Shown here piece by piece: positions 42,001-55,589 of a stretch of 64,000 bases of DNA. The notes under the pieces are model-generated. The model did not search any database, was not told the origin of the DNA, and worked only from the letters and a program-made list of their open reading frames with translations. Origin of the DNA: the human T2T-CHM13v2.0 reference genome, Homo sapiens. A program made the position numbers and the translations under genes. Each line of letters opens with the position of its first letter. Positions within the stretch are counted from its first letter, which is position 1. The DNA lies in the NCBI RefSeq assembly GCF_009914755.1, contig NC_060928.1. One strand, given 5' to 3'.

Positions 42001-43344
42001 GTAAGCCAGGTTTCTCCACAGCGCCCCTCCTTAAATTCCTCCTCCACGTCCCTGGCCTACTGGCCTCAGTTCACAGATGCTGCACTGGCTTCTGGATCCT
42101 AGAAGCATTCAGAGATATTTTCATTTTTATGCAACAGGGAGGAACCACCTCTTAGCATTCTTAAACCTAAAGAAAGGTCTGCCTTGCTCACACCTGGCCT
42201 GTTTCCTCTGTGGAGGGTCTAGAGGGGATTTTGTTTTTTTAACTGAGAGTGGTGCCTGCAAGGAGCTGATGTGTAGGGTATTGTCAGGCTAGAATAAATC
42301 ACACGGCACACATGGGCCAGAAAGAGGCATTATATGCACTCTCCGAGCCATTTTTTTGGGCAGCCTGTTCTGAGGAGGGCATGTGTTCTCTTTATTATGT
42401 TTTCAGAGGCTCTTGGGCCAAAAATAAGTGTGCTTTAGGGCCCTAGGAGGTAAAACAAAACACAAAACAAAAAAACGGTTTGGACTGGGAGAAGTAAAGT
42501 TTATGCTCAGCCTAAAATCTCTGAGAGTGCCTTTTTATGGGCTCTAGAGGAGATGTTAGGCCAGGGCCCTGGCAGAGTGAGGAGTGGGGGTGGGGGCATG
42601 GGTCGGTGCTAGTAGGAGCGCTGAGGATGGCTGGCCAGGCCTGGGAGCACCACTGCTGCTTTACCTTATTTAAGCTCTGGTTGGACCGATTTGCTGACCA
42701 TTGTCCCCTGAGCTGTGACTTAGGCCTTGGTAGGAGCAAAGCAGGAATGCCCCATATTGCACTGGCTTTTACTTTTCCACACACAGACCAGTCAGGCTTC
42801 TTTGTGGCAGATGAACAGTGGGGAGAGTAAGGCTCTCAGTCCTGGGCCAAAGGCAAGTGATCAGAAACAAGACTGGCAGTGAGCGGCAGAAATGAAACTC
42901 AGGGCAATTGTTCCACCTTTCAAAGAAGCTGAAAAGAACCCAGAACTCTGAAGTCCTGATGCTGCCCCTGTGCAGCTATTTGATCTTGGTTGCTTTACCT
43001 CACAGGCCCAATGTCCCTTGACTTTTAAATGAAGGATTTGTTCTCCATCTCTTAGGTGCTTTCCGGCTGAAGCCAGAACTTGGGTTGTGATGAGCTCTTA
43101 GGGTACTGCAAGTTAGGATTTGAAAGAAAGGTAGGCCATGTGCCACTGGTAAAGCGAGGAGTCGGGCTTTGAGAAGAGCAGGCAAAGGCATTCATGGAGG
43201 GAAAGAAGCCTGGCATCTCTGTGAGAAGGTAGACTTCGGGTGCCATGTGGCCTCCTTAGACACATGGGTGGTAAGTGTGTGACCTGTGTTCCTCCTGAAC
43301 AGGGCGCATGCTGCTGCCACCCACCCTGTGAGAGAAGGTACACC

Positions 43345-43816
43345 AATTACCAGTATAATAAACCACTGCAAAAACTCATTGGCTTAACACAAGGCCATTT
43401 ATGATTGCTTATGAATCTGTGTGGTCATCTGGGTGTTTTGCTGATCTGGGCCAGGCTGATTTTACCTGGACTCGCTTGTGTGTCTGCCATCAGTGGGTGG
43501 CTGGATGTCTAGGATGGCCTTACTCACATCTGTGGCTGTTGGCTGGAGTGATGGAGGTGATGGGGGTGTTTCTCACCATCCAGCAGATTAGCCCAGGCTG
43601 GTCCATGTCACAGTTAATAGGGTTCCAAGAGTGAGAGCAGAAGCATAGAAAATCTTTTGAAGCTCAGACTCGGAGCTCACGTAAGGTCCATTCTGCAGCA
43701 TTCTGTTGGCCAAAGCAAGACAGAGGGCCAGCGCAGATTGAAGAATGGAGCAAAAACCCCACCTCTTGATGGGAAGAGTGGGAAGAGCTGCAACAAGTTG
43801 TGGGCATTCTGCAGTC
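43345..43816 (-). mobile_element. MLT1 (MaLR, H/I-like) solo LTR
   Basis: aaaccactgcaaaaactcattggcttaacaca...attctgttggccaaagcaag...ccacctcttgatgggaagag. Confidence 0.75.
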
Positions 43817-45934
43817 TCCTAGACAAGGCCTGGTCTTCATTGTATTTTACAGTTTATAAGGGGCTTTCTCAAGCGGTCAATTTTCATTATCAAACAGTGC
43901 TCTGAAAAGGGCAAAAAAGGCACCATTAGCTTAATTTTCATTAAGGAAGCCAAAATTAGAGGTCCAGGGTATTCAACCAGGATCATGAAACTCAAGTGCC
44001 TGAGCCCGTCTTAGCTAATTCAAGGAGATGAGTGTACACACTGACCAACCTAGATATACTGAGGTGCACTAGATACTCAGGGTACACTGAGCCTTAACCC
44101 CTACATTCAGGGAAGGGGTGGGGGTCACTCACACCTTAGGCTTGTCCTGGTTTCAGAATGTCTGGAGGCCATGATTGCAAAATATGTGCCCAGGGAACTT
44201 GTTCTCACTGCCTAAGGTTGTCAAATTAGTTAGCTGGGTTCCATGCTCCTTAAGTAAGGTCTGTGACACTCCAGGGCTCTGACCTGTAAGAATCTTCTCT
44301 CTGGATATAACATTTTTCTTTTACTTGAGTTTTTTTAGATTAACTTTCTAACTTTTCCAGGTTAGCCAAGTCATACTCTTCCCCCACTTAAAGCATCTTT
44401 AACTGACAGAATGAGAGTTTCCTGTCCCCTTGTACAAAGCTGACTTCTGAAGCATTTACTGTGACATGATTTCCTGTAAATGAGTCAAATCTGGGAGGCC
44501 TGTTCTCACTGGGATACAGAGCAATTTACAATGAAGAATTATGGTAATGGGCCAAATATTTGGGTTTCCAAGTGTCTGTGTGCTCTGCCCTTTGCCTAAT
44601 GCTGCTGCCAGGGAGATGAACACATAATGTATCTCTCTCCTCACTTCTGAAATCTTCCCAGTATTAGTCTTGAAAACCTTGTGTTGCAGCTTTTCAGACC
44701 CAGGGCAACATTTCAGAAGCCATTCCTAATTCTGACATTTATTTATACTTCCCTCCGTCCTGCCTTTTTCTTCAGGTGCTCGTGCATGCTTGTTGGACCC
44801 TTTTATGAGGGGCGTAACTCAGGCGTCTGTAGCCAGAGCTGCTCCATTATGCAGGCCCTGCATTCCCTTCACCTCCTGGCAGCCCCGATGAAAAACGAGC
44901 CTCCTCACTAATGCTTCCAACAGCAGTAAAAGTCTGTGTGGCCGCTGCTCCAGAGAGAGCGGACGTCCTGTTCCCAGTTCCACATTATTATTCTTGAGGC
45001 TGTTGGTCTCTGAGATTCAGCCACTTGCCATGCCTTTCTCTTTCTACTCAAATACTTTCCAAACCACAGAGTAACAGTTCACTGTATTTACTTATATTCA
45101 GAGCCCTTTTACTGGGCACTGATTCTAGAAGGGAGATCAGGTAGGTAATGGCCCCAGTTTACAGAGATGGAAACAGACATTTTATGATGAGCTGGTGGCC
45201 AGGTAGGGACCATAACTCGGGTCTGCTTGCTTTTGAATGGAGAATTTGATGGTGCTTGGTGACACACTGAAAGGCCAAGACCCCGGAGGGGAGCCCGGGT
45301 CAATGTGCTGCCACCACTGATGGAATCATGCTATGGATCTCCCAGCCAGCCCCTGGTCTCCCTCACTGGGTGTTCTGCCTTCATTAGTGAAGACAGTTCT
45401 GATTCTTGGATTCATACTGGGTAAATGAGCCTTAGCAATGACACTTTTTATTCACAGATCAAGCTAGACAAATGAGTCACAAAACCCCTTTTTAGGGGGG
45501 AAGAGAATGAATGAATTTGGAAGAGAATGAATGAATTTGAAGGAGAATGGGGAGAGGAATACGAGCAGCTGCAGGGAGAATCAGGAGTAGGGAAGACTGA
45601 TGAGATCAGTTCCTTCACTCATTTATTCAGCAAATGTTTATTAGCTTCTGTGAATACAGAAGTGTGTTAGGGGTTGCTAAAGACATGTTATCAGATAGGG
45701 CTCAGCCCTGAGAAAGGTTGGAGTCTAGCAGAGGTGATAAAACATAAACAATGTGAGGCTGAAGGGCAATGCAGGCCTTAGTTGGTCAATAACATGGAGA
45801 GGAGGCTAGAATGAGACTGTTTGGGTAGAGGGCAGAGGAAGGCATAAAGACTATAGGAATGACTTCTGGGGGCAGGAAACTGGAAATTCATTGTGAAGTT
45901 GGTGGCAACTGTACTGATGAGGATGATGTGGTAG

Positions 45935-46110
45935 CTGACACCCATTCAGAGGTCCCTGTGTACTTTATACCTATTGACTCATTTAATCCTTATAACAACT
46001 CTATGAATAGCTTTTGGCAGGTGAGGAAATAGAAGTACAGAGAGGTAAAGCAATTTGCCTGAGGTCAGCCAGCAAGTGGCAGACTCTGTGGTCTTAACCA
46101 CTGTACAAAT
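45935..46110 (-). mobile_element. MIR SINE
   Basis: ctcatttaatccttataacaactctatg...caggtgaggaaatagaagtacagagaggtaaagcaatttgcctgaggtca. Confidence 0.78.
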
Positions 46111-47602
46111 AATGCCTCTAAGGCTAGTAAGATTTAGGTGAGCAGAGAATGGGGCAGGGAATTCCAGGTGGAGGAACAAGCATGAACAGTGCAGGTCTCG
46201 GTCTGGGAGTAGGTCCATGGTGTCCCAGTCCCCATTGGAACGCAGGCCAGCTTCCTTTGTGAGCTTTGCTGGGCGCTTTGGAGAGTGACAGGGCCTGAGC
46301 TAGGGTTGGGGATGAGAAGGGGTGCTCTCCAAGGTTGACATGTACCTCAGTGACATCAACACTTTTGTGCTCACTCTGTTGCCGGGACATGAATTTCTGC
46401 TGAAAGGTAGCAGAAGACAGATTCTCAGCAACTTTTCCAGTTCTTTATGGCATTAAAGCTGTGATAAGCCTTAATCTAAAAGGATATTTAAAGCAGTCAA
46501 GTGGAAGTTGTTTTTTTTTTTTTTTTTTAACACTAAAGACTATAGTAGTGAGATGTGGAAAGTACTATAAATGTCAAGAATTTTTAGTACTGTAGTTAAG
46601 CAACACTCTGAGAAGAGTGTTGAAAAATGGTACTGAATTCTAAGAAGCAGCCAAAATAATGAAGAACTTGAATATAATGATTTATAAGGAGTAATGAGAT
46701 TGTTTGGGTAGGGGGCAGAGGAAGACATAAATAATTCCTACAAATATATGAGGGCTGATGATGTTCAGGAATCAAATAGGGATGTTGAACCATTTTAATT
46801 AGTAAAAACTGATTTGATAGGAAAATGCAAATCACTTGGATATGTTAAAATTTGAACTCATCTTAAGCCTATGTTATTGAAATTGAGATGGGAACCCTCC
46901 TTCAATATAGGCTTCTAAGCCATTTGCTGCTACTAATTCCCCATGGTTGCAGGAAGTTCTTAATCTGGTCTTTCCAGCACCCAACTTCCTTCCCTTCCAT
47001 TATTTCTGCTGATCTCAAGGAATCTTCCGCTCTCCTTTTATGTAAAACGTTGGAGGTCCTGGCCAGAAGACTGGAGGTCACCGGGGAGCCCGAGAGGCTG
47101 GAGCACCCGCTGCAGAGAGCTTGGAGTGACCCATTTCACCCAGCCTCCCTGCTGGAGCTATGCTGTGCTGTCAGGGCTTAACTGGCAAAGGGAGAACAGT
47201 CATCCCAGCATGAGAGGCTGGCAGAGCAGGCGGGACTACTCATCGCCCCTTAATAAGCCAATGACAGGAGATGCCTTTGTCAGTTTCTCCCATTTCCACA
47301 TTCTGGCATGGAGGATTCTTGACAAACCTATATTCTTGCCATGATTTCTGCATGAAGTTCCTTAGAAGGAATTTTGGGTGAAAGTCTCATATCAGATGCT
47401 ATATGGTGGAGGATATCTGTTGGGCAAATATGTGTGTCATGGAGTGCACAAGGGCTGCATCTTCAGGATTTAGTCCGTTATAGGAACTGCACTCATAACT
47501 AGATACTCTCCAGCAACTCTGCCCCCAAACACATGCTTCACTGAAGAGGGTGGATTAGAAGGCTATGGAGGGACACCATGATGGTTTTCTTTCTGCTTTC
47601 AG

Positions 47603-47856
47603 ATCCCATTCAGGAGGCTTCCAGGACAGGAAGTGGCAAGAACCTTTTGGATGGACCTCCAAGAGTGCTTCAGCCCTTCCTGACCCACAGAACCAAGGTG
47701 GCTGAGGCACCCCCCAACCTGCCCCTGCCGGTGAGGAACCCCATGCTGGCTGCTGCCCTCTTCCCAGAGTTCCTGAAGGAGCTGGCGGCCTTGGCCCAGG
47801 AACACTCCATTCTGTGCTACAAGATCTTGGGTGACTTTGAGGACTCCTGCTGTTAG
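47603..47856 (+). CDS. FHIP1A: FHIP1A last coding exon: (D)PIQEASRTG...NPMLAAALFPEFLKELAALAQEHSILCYKILGDFEDSCC*
   Basis: Acceptor ttttctttctgctttcag|; phase 1 matches; contains the family EFLKELAA motif; TAG at 47854-47856. Confidence 0.96.
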
Positions 47857-48710
47857 CTTTTTTTTTTTTTTTTAATAGAGGTTCTTGTTTTGTAAGGTTT
47901 TAGTGTCTTGACTGAATGTTAAATGCAAAGCTGCTTACAAAGATTTCTACTTTAATGTTTCCTGACAATACTTGATTTGTGGGGAGGGGAATTTTCTGTA
48001 TCTTTCCTCTCTCTCTCTAGCCGGGCCTTTCCACCTTATGTTATATATAGAATGTAAGTCTCATAAGCTGGTTGCTCCCTTGGCAGTTTTCTTTGCTCTG
48101 TTTTTCCTCCTTATATTTTTTTGGTTGTCATTCTCCTATCCCTTTGAGTTACTCTTCTTGCAGCTCAGATCACGTCAAGCAGATATTGGGGTTCAGTGAT
48201 GTCTGGTGATGTCTGGAAGTGCCCCATGTCAGAATTCCAGCTGTTCAGCAGCACAGGAAGATTGTACACCTGCAACTGTGCGAATGGTCCTGTTGCCTCC
48301 TGCATTTTGGCCTCTGTTCTATAAAGGAAGAGTAAAGATGGAGCTCCTCCTGCCTCCATCACGAAAGCACATATCATCTGTCCCTTTGGATTTTACTTCC
48401 AGGACGTGTGTCGTCCCCAGCGTGTGTTGCCTTATGGTGCCGGCAGAGCCTCAGCTATCTGCCTGGGAAGTCGGATGTCCTTGGAGAGAATTTGGAATGC
48501 AGATAATTTTTCTTATTTCTTGAGAGCTTACTTTAATCAGCATGACACTACCTAAACACTGAAGATGGCCTTATATTAGTAAGATTTGCACAAAATTAAG
48601 TATACCTATGCAAACTATTACTTTGGTTTTTAGGAGTTTGATCAGATGAAGAAGTAATGGTATCACATATATATGTAAGAAGACAACCATCATTATTTTT
48701 GTAAGTGTTT

Positions 48711-48716
48711 TATAAA
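48711..48716 (+). terminator. Candidate proximal poly(A) signal (TATAAA variant) of FHIP1A
   Basis: Upstream TGTA motifs and a U-rich tract; downstream gtgggtttttt element ~35 nt later. Confidence 0.45.
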
Positions 48717-50081
48717 AACAAACTGATTAACTTGTGAAGCCATTTCATAGTGGGTTTTTTCAGGGAGGGTATGCTGGGTGGGATGGGGAGATAAACTAAA
48801 TGCAGCCTGTAAAAACACTGATCATTATTTAAAATTCTATTCCCTTTTGCTAGTAAGCTGCACTTTGTAGAGAAACAGGAACTGTACAGCCCACTTTGGG
48901 ACCTTGGATGTAAATGCAAACAGGTCACCTGGAGCCCTGCAAAGCCAAGTGCCTGCTGGCGACTCACTCTGCATGGAAATGCTGCCTTCCGAGTAATGGG
49001 GTTCATTAGAAGGCCCCAACGTGCTGTATGAGCGTCCCTCTGCTGCTTTGCAGCCTGCTCCAAGAGGCAGGATTATACTTAGAGCCACAGCCATGTTAAA
49101 CCACCACCAAGAGGGGAAAACAGAATAATTGTGAGCTGAAAATGAGACCATAAACAACTGATTTTTATGGATATTAAATTCCACTCCCCTCTATTTTGGG
49201 CCCAGTTCTGCAGGTGCGAAGCAAGTAACGAGCTTGAGCCTGCCTGTTTGGAAGGAAATTGGAAGGTTTGTCTCTCTCTGTTCTTTGTGGGCATCTCTGT
49301 GGAGCCCTGAGGGCAGCCACAGGTCTGGTGGTTGTGCCTCAGGAGCACTGGTTTGGTCTTAATCAGGCCTTTCATGCACAGGCAGGGCAGTGGCGGAAGA
49401 ACCACACCTGCAATGCTGTGGAGCAGTGGAGGCCCTTTTGTGCTTCAGGAATCTTGAAGCAGCTTTGTATTGAGTGAATGAGAAATTGAGAGCTGGCCTG
49501 TGAAATGACAACAGGAGACCTGGCCTGGGCAGGGTGAGCTGTTAGGAGCCAGCCTTGCTTTCGTGTTTCATAGTCCAAGCAAGACACCAAAGATTCCTAC
49601 TCACTGTACATTTCTGTTTGTCTTGACAAATGGTTTGCTCAGCTGTGGTGCAGCAGCCAGAAGGGATGAAGCACAGCAGACTGGTCTGCTTCTGGCTTCC
49701 TGATGTCTGGTTGTATTTGCACAGCCCACAACTCTCCATTAGAAAAGAAGGTAGCTTAAGATAGAGAAAGAGGAACAGTTGAAGATGGAAGTTCGGCTGT
49801 AATTTATTATACTCTGTTTGTTTTTGCACAAGTATTTATCTTCTTGTTTGGACTTACAAAGTCATAAAATGCCAACGCCACATCTGTAAATGGAATTCTT
49901 TAGCTTTGTAGTTTGATTTACACCTTTCTCCATTATCTGGTGGTGGTGTTGATTCTTCTTGAATCCATATTTCTGCATTGTAGAATACCATGGTCCCCTT
50001 TGTGGAAAGTTTCCTTTGGGAAAAGATTGATTTTGTGCCTCTTACTGTTTTTTTCAATAGGTACTGAAATAAACTTACTTT

Positions 50082-50378
50082 ATTATTTTATTTTTTTGAG
50101 ACAGGATCTTGCGCTGCCTGGGCTAGAGTGGAGTGGTGTGATCACAGCTCATTGTAGCCTCAACCTCCTGGGCTCAAGTGATCCTCCCACCTCAGCCTTC
50201 CGAGTAGCTGGGAATATAGGAACGTGCCACCACACCCAGCTAACTTTTTGGTATAGTTTGTAGAGATGGGGTTTCACCTTGTTGCCCAGGCTGGTCTTAA
50301 AGTCCTGGGCTCAAGTGATCGTCCCGCCTTGGCCTCCCGAAGTGCTGGGATTACAGGTGTGAGCCACTGGGTCCAGCC
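50082..50378 (-). mobile_element. AluJ in the FHIP1A 3' UTR region, with target-site duplication
   Basis: J-type gatcacagctcattgtagcctcaacctcctgggctcaagtgatcctccc; flanked by tgaaataaacttacttt and tgaagtagacttacttt. Confidence 0.92.
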
Positions 50379-51884
50379 TGAAGTAGACTTACTTTAAATG
50401 AGGACAGAGATGACTGGTGTGTGCAGTGACAGGCAGGAGAATGTAACTTCCCATGCTGGGGTGCTGGCAGCAAACTCACACGATAACACTAACTTCCTAT
50501 TTGGATTTGGAAACTGGTTCCTGTTTCTGAATCCATTACAGTCCTCAGAGGTTTTTGTCCATGGTTTTGCAAAATGAAGTCAGAAAATGGAGCTGGATGT
50601 AGAGAGAACAGGAAAACCCATGTGGCTGGGTGAAATAACTGAGAGTGGGTTATTTAGGGAGTGACGTGGACATGCCAAAGAAAAACAGCAGAGAACTGAG
50701 TCTATCCACGGGAGAAGAGCAAATCCTGCACGATTCGGGGGAGTGAACATTGATCTAGGCGGATATGAAGAAACCAGGGAGTGGGTGGGTGAGAATGGGA
50801 ACTCCTTGTCAGGAAAAAAATCATTGGCAATGAAGTAGAATATTCTGGTCCTAAAGTAAATCGGCAAGCCCTTAGAAATATCTTTTTTTATAATGAGTTG
50901 GGGGGAAAATCTTAAATATGTTTGGCATGCTTAAAGATATGGTCCGAGAGTGTGGACACTTCTCTATGTGACAGGCTCCTACACCAGTCGCTGTGCTCCT
51001 TGCTGGAAGAATGTAGGGGAAGAGAAACCGTGGGTACCGCCCGCTGGCGCAGCCCCTGAGCTGGCGTCACTGCGTCTGGCCTGGGCAGGAAAGGTGAGGG
51101 AGCCAAGGGTTCCTGGAGTATCACAACATTAACCTCAATTCATAATTCAGGGCCCGACTTAAAGTTCCAGACTGAGTGACTTCTGTGGTTCAAAATATAT
51201 GAGAGCACTGGGATATTTAAAATTGATTTTTTGGAAATGGCCAAGTAAATGTTTTTTAAAATTTTACACAAAGAAATTCCAACTTAGGTTCAGCCTAAAA
51301 CATAATTTCATGGGTGGTAAAATACAATTTCCCAACCATGAAATGGGAGTGCTGGAATAGCCAGTTAGAGATGTGATTTTTCTTTACCATTAGATACCTC
51401 CTTTCCCTGGTATTTAGAGGAATTGTGAAGTGGTCCCCATTTTGTGGAGTATCATTTTGGAAAATGCTTTGATGTGCTCGGGTTGGAGTGGATGTCTGTC
51501 AGGTGTTAGGTAGGACGCATTCGGTATTTTTATAGGTCATCAGGAGTACCCTTTCCTTAGCAGGTGGATTTTATTTAGGTCAGATATAGTTAGTTTCTGT
51601 CCAGGATAAGACATCATGGAGCCAGGGTCTTGTCAGGAAAGCATCCTCTTATGAACAGAATCTAGAAACAGGCTACATGAATATTGGGGTTGCCTGTTTA
51701 ATTTGGGCAGCCAGTGGGTACTCAGGGTCGAAAGTTGTTTCCAGTGTCTCCAAATCAGCTTGGCTGTGGCCGTCATGTGGACTGATTCCCAGGTCTGTTT
51801 GAGGTTTAGGGTTGTGGATGGGCTGCTCTTCTGAATCTGGATCAGTGTGTCTAGGTTGTGTTCAGGAGGGAAGCACAGCCGCAG

Positions 51885-52034
51885 CAGTCTGGACAAATCA
51901 AGTGCTTTAACGATGGCATCGTCCTCTGGGAATAATCAGTCCTTAATACAGTTTTCACTTGACATAATAGTTTTGGTAAACTGTCTTTATCTGGCTGCAC
52001 CCCCTTTTAAGTAAGCCCTTAATTTTAAATGGTC
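51885..52034 (+). repeat. ~150 bp direct repeat, copy 1
   Basis: Aligns by eye to 54393-54541 with 7 substitutions and 1 indel. Confidence 0.95.
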
Positions 52035-54392
52035 CCGGCGTGGTGTTCAGTATCTGCATATGCCCCAGTTCTCATTTAAGGGCAGTTCAATGTAATTGCT
52101 AATTACCAGCCCTGTATTTACTGAAATGGCTGTCTGTCATGCTTGCCATTTTTATGAAACACTTTATTGCAGGTCAGCTATTATTGCACGTGCTACTTCA
52201 AGTCACTGGCTCAGGCTGGTGTCATGTGTGGTTTGCTGCAAACGGCAGCCTGCTTTGCAGTGTGAGCTCTTCCTGGAAACAGCAGTCTCTTGTAGCTGAT
52301 GCCACATCAGCTTTAAGTCATTAGGAAGATATTCTAGGCCCCTTGTTGCTTCAGCCATCAGTCTATAAATAACACAACACTAATTTTCCATCAAGTAACA
52401 GCTTAAAACAGAACACTGTCAAACCACTTTATGTTCCACCCTTAAATCACATCACTGAGGAAACACTGTAAGAGAATGCAGTTGACTCTTTCCCCCCCTT
52501 CTTTTTGAATGAACCTCGTAAACCTAATGCTTTAGAAAGAGCTCTCAGAAGACTGAGAATGGTTTTTAGGATAATTTTGCCTCAGTAAATCCTCTCTACA
52601 TTCAGGCATTTATTAGGCCATTACTTGTTTTGGGACTACAGATTATCCTGGCAGCTCAATAACTGGATAAACAGGACTTTAGTGAAAGATTTTCAGAGGT
52701 TCTTTAGGGAAAAGAATGACCAGGAGAAGGTGGGTGGAAGCCTTCAGTTCTTTGACCTCTTGCACGTAGAATCCTAAAACTGATCATGATTTTAGCTAGG
52801 ACTGACCTTTCCTAGCTTGTAGGGTCACTGTGAATTTTGTTCATGTCTTAAAAGGTTTAAGTTAACCTAGTTCACTGTTACCTACACAAGTAACAAGACG
52901 GCCAATAGGACCTGTCAGCATGACTTCGACATGCATTCCAGGCATCTTTCGGGGAGTTTAGATTTACTGTGTCATTTCAGAACCCAACAAAGGTGATGGA
53001 AGCTCTTAGGCCAGATTAAATTTCATGGAACGGAGGCTGCAGAAGTCTGTGCTGCTTAGTGTGTCAGCTGACTTTTTACTGGGACAAGTCTATGAAAGGC
53101 CCACCTGTAACAAGGCCCCTTTTTGCCCTGTGGATATTTTAAAAGAGGGAATTTGGTGTTGACAATCTTACTTACACGACTCTTGCTAAGCTATTTGACT
53201 AAGGGTTTCAATCAGATGCTTCCCACCTCACAAGCAAGGGTCAGCTCTATTTGCAAATAATCCATGAATATGTTTGTCTAAAACCTGCTGAAGAGGCATG
53301 GCAGCCACTTCCATGCTGCTTTTGGTAATGGGTAAAGAATATGGCCTTTCAGATAGATCTGGTGGCTTTTCCCCAATAGTCACCATGTGGAAACTATGCA
53401 ACTAAATTCAATGGAAATGAAAGATACAATATAAAATAGCGGGTCATGGCCATAAGCTGTGTCCTGAACTAACCAACTCCAAGCTGAAGGAGGGTGTGTA
53501 CTTTCCGAAACTTCGAGGCCATCTTAGTAATTATTTTAGCAATAATTACTAAAATGTACATGGGGTGGGGGAGCTCAGCTAAAATATCCTTACTTTGGTG
53601 CAATAATGATCTAGGTTCTTTTTCCTAGGCCTAGGCCTCCACCTTGAAAGACAGGAACAGAAGTTCACTGTGATGTGTGACCCTGGACAGAGATCAAACA
53701 GCTCCTTTCTAGACCCAGATGACCCAGAACGCAGAAGCCTAGTAGTTGGTATCACCAGTGTCTCTTCAAAAGGGCCCCACAAAAGGCTGTCCATTAATTT
53801 GTTTCATACAGTAAGCGAGCTTTTACTGAATACTCCCTCTGTTAGGTAGCATGCAGAGTGCTAGGGCTGGCACATTCCTGCCTTCCCACCAGAACCCTCC
53901 AACCTCCTCCCCAGGCAACAGAACACAGGGTTTGGGCCTGACCAGGCAGAGCTGGTTCAAGCCAGCCTGGGGCAGAGCCAGTTTTCCAGCACACTTCTAA
54001 CTTCTAGTCAGAGCCTCAGCATTATACACCCAGCCTACAGGTGTGTGGATTCCTGAGACAGATGGCAATGGCATCACCTGTGGTGCCAACTCATACATTT
54101 TAATGAGATTTCTCCCTGAAGGGTGAACCAGTAGACCAGACTAAACGCACACTCATGCAAGAATGTAAAATTGTATTTCACTGAGGCCCCTTTATAAGCA
54201 GAGCCATCTTTGCGAATTTCTTGGGGTGTTAATGTAAACATATCTTTAGAATATCTCATCGGGTTTCAGTCAGAGCCATGCTTTGGGTTTTTCCTAGCAG
54301 CAGTGATGATATCAACTTACAAGGTTTGGCTTTCAGGATTTCAGAAGCTGGCATTCAAGACAACAGGCAGTTTGTCAGAGCTGAATGAGAAT

Positions 54393-54541
54393 CAGCCTGG
54401 ACAAATCAAGTGCTTTAACAAGGGCATCTTCCTCTGGGAATAATCAGTCCTTAATACAGTTTGCACTTGACATAATAGTTTTGGTAAATGTCTTTTTCTG
54501 GCTGCACCCCCTTTTAAGTAAGCCTTTAATTTTAAATGGTC
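54393..54541 (+). repeat. ~150 bp direct repeat, copy 2
   Basis: Aligns by eye to 51885-52034. Confidence 0.95.
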
Positions 54542-55583
54542 TGGAAAGATCTTCGATGCTTTCTGTAAGGTTTAGTCACCAAGAAGCCAGAACTTTTGGT
54601 GAAAACAGAATTTATAAAATGAAACTGAACCTTCTCCTTTCTTACAAAATAAAGATCCTGTCAGACTCCAGTCTCAGACCACCTTTGCCCATTTGTAATT
54701 CAGACTTGCAGAGTGAGGAGAGAACTGCTTCAGCCTTACTGTCTTGTAGAGAGATTTGGTGAAAATCATGTTACTTTAGACCCAGTAGTTTTCAGGACCG
54801 CAACAGGATGCGGGGCACCTGGCTTCCCGGGTAAGGTCACATAGTCTCTTAAAATTCTGTCACTAATTTTTTTAAACGACTTTTTTTAAAAAGCCACCTC
54901 CTCATGCCTGTCCAAAATGAACCACGCAACTGGTTACCTTTCTCTGCCTACCTTTTGGGCTGGGGAAGAGGGGCACCTTTCTCATCACTCTCAGGGAAGT
55001 CCTGAGGAACTGTGCAAGCCAGGAAGCATGAGTCGCTGAATTGGTGATGGAGGGGTGTCCACTTTTTTCTAGTTCCTCAGCTGCTTCTGGAGCAGTGTTC
55101 ACAACGGGAATGTTTTTACTGTCCTTGGTAGGCTACAGGTTCACAGCTTCAAATCAAGGCCTCCAAGGATTTTATTCTCTTACATCACAGTTTTGACAAG
55201 TATGCTTTTAAAAAACAACATTTGCAAAACTGGTCTTTAAGCGACGTGAGTCAGAGGTAACAAAGGCATATATATACCGAACAAAGGTGCTCCGGTGCAG
55301 TGGAGAGAACAGTATTAGTGTCGCAAGCACAGGAGTGCAGACAGCCCCGCCTTCATCGTGATGCCTGCAGCACACCACGATTATCATGAGAGGTCAAGAT
55401 TTTGATTTACTAATTTATAATCTTATTTCCAAGCAAAACAAGTCAATTTCATGTTACAACTTTTTTCTTGTTTCTTTTTATCTTGTTTGGCCTGAGGGTT
55501 GGGGGATTTGGGGGAGTTGTCAGCTGCACAATCTTTGAAGTGTAAGTTAATTTTTATGTGATATTTCAGTATATATTTTATTG

Positions 55584-55589
55584 ATTAAA
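55584..55589 (+). terminator. Candidate distal poly(A) signal (ATTAAA) of FHIP1A
   Basis: Hexamer with U-rich and TGTA sequence upstream and U-rich sequence downstream. Confidence 0.55.

Noticed and set aside
51885-54541. The 150-bp repeats as LTRs of a 2.6 kb retroelement, or as snoRNA copies
   Set aside because: No TG...CA termini, TSD, primer-binding site or coding remnants; no convincing H/ACA or C/D architecture by eye.
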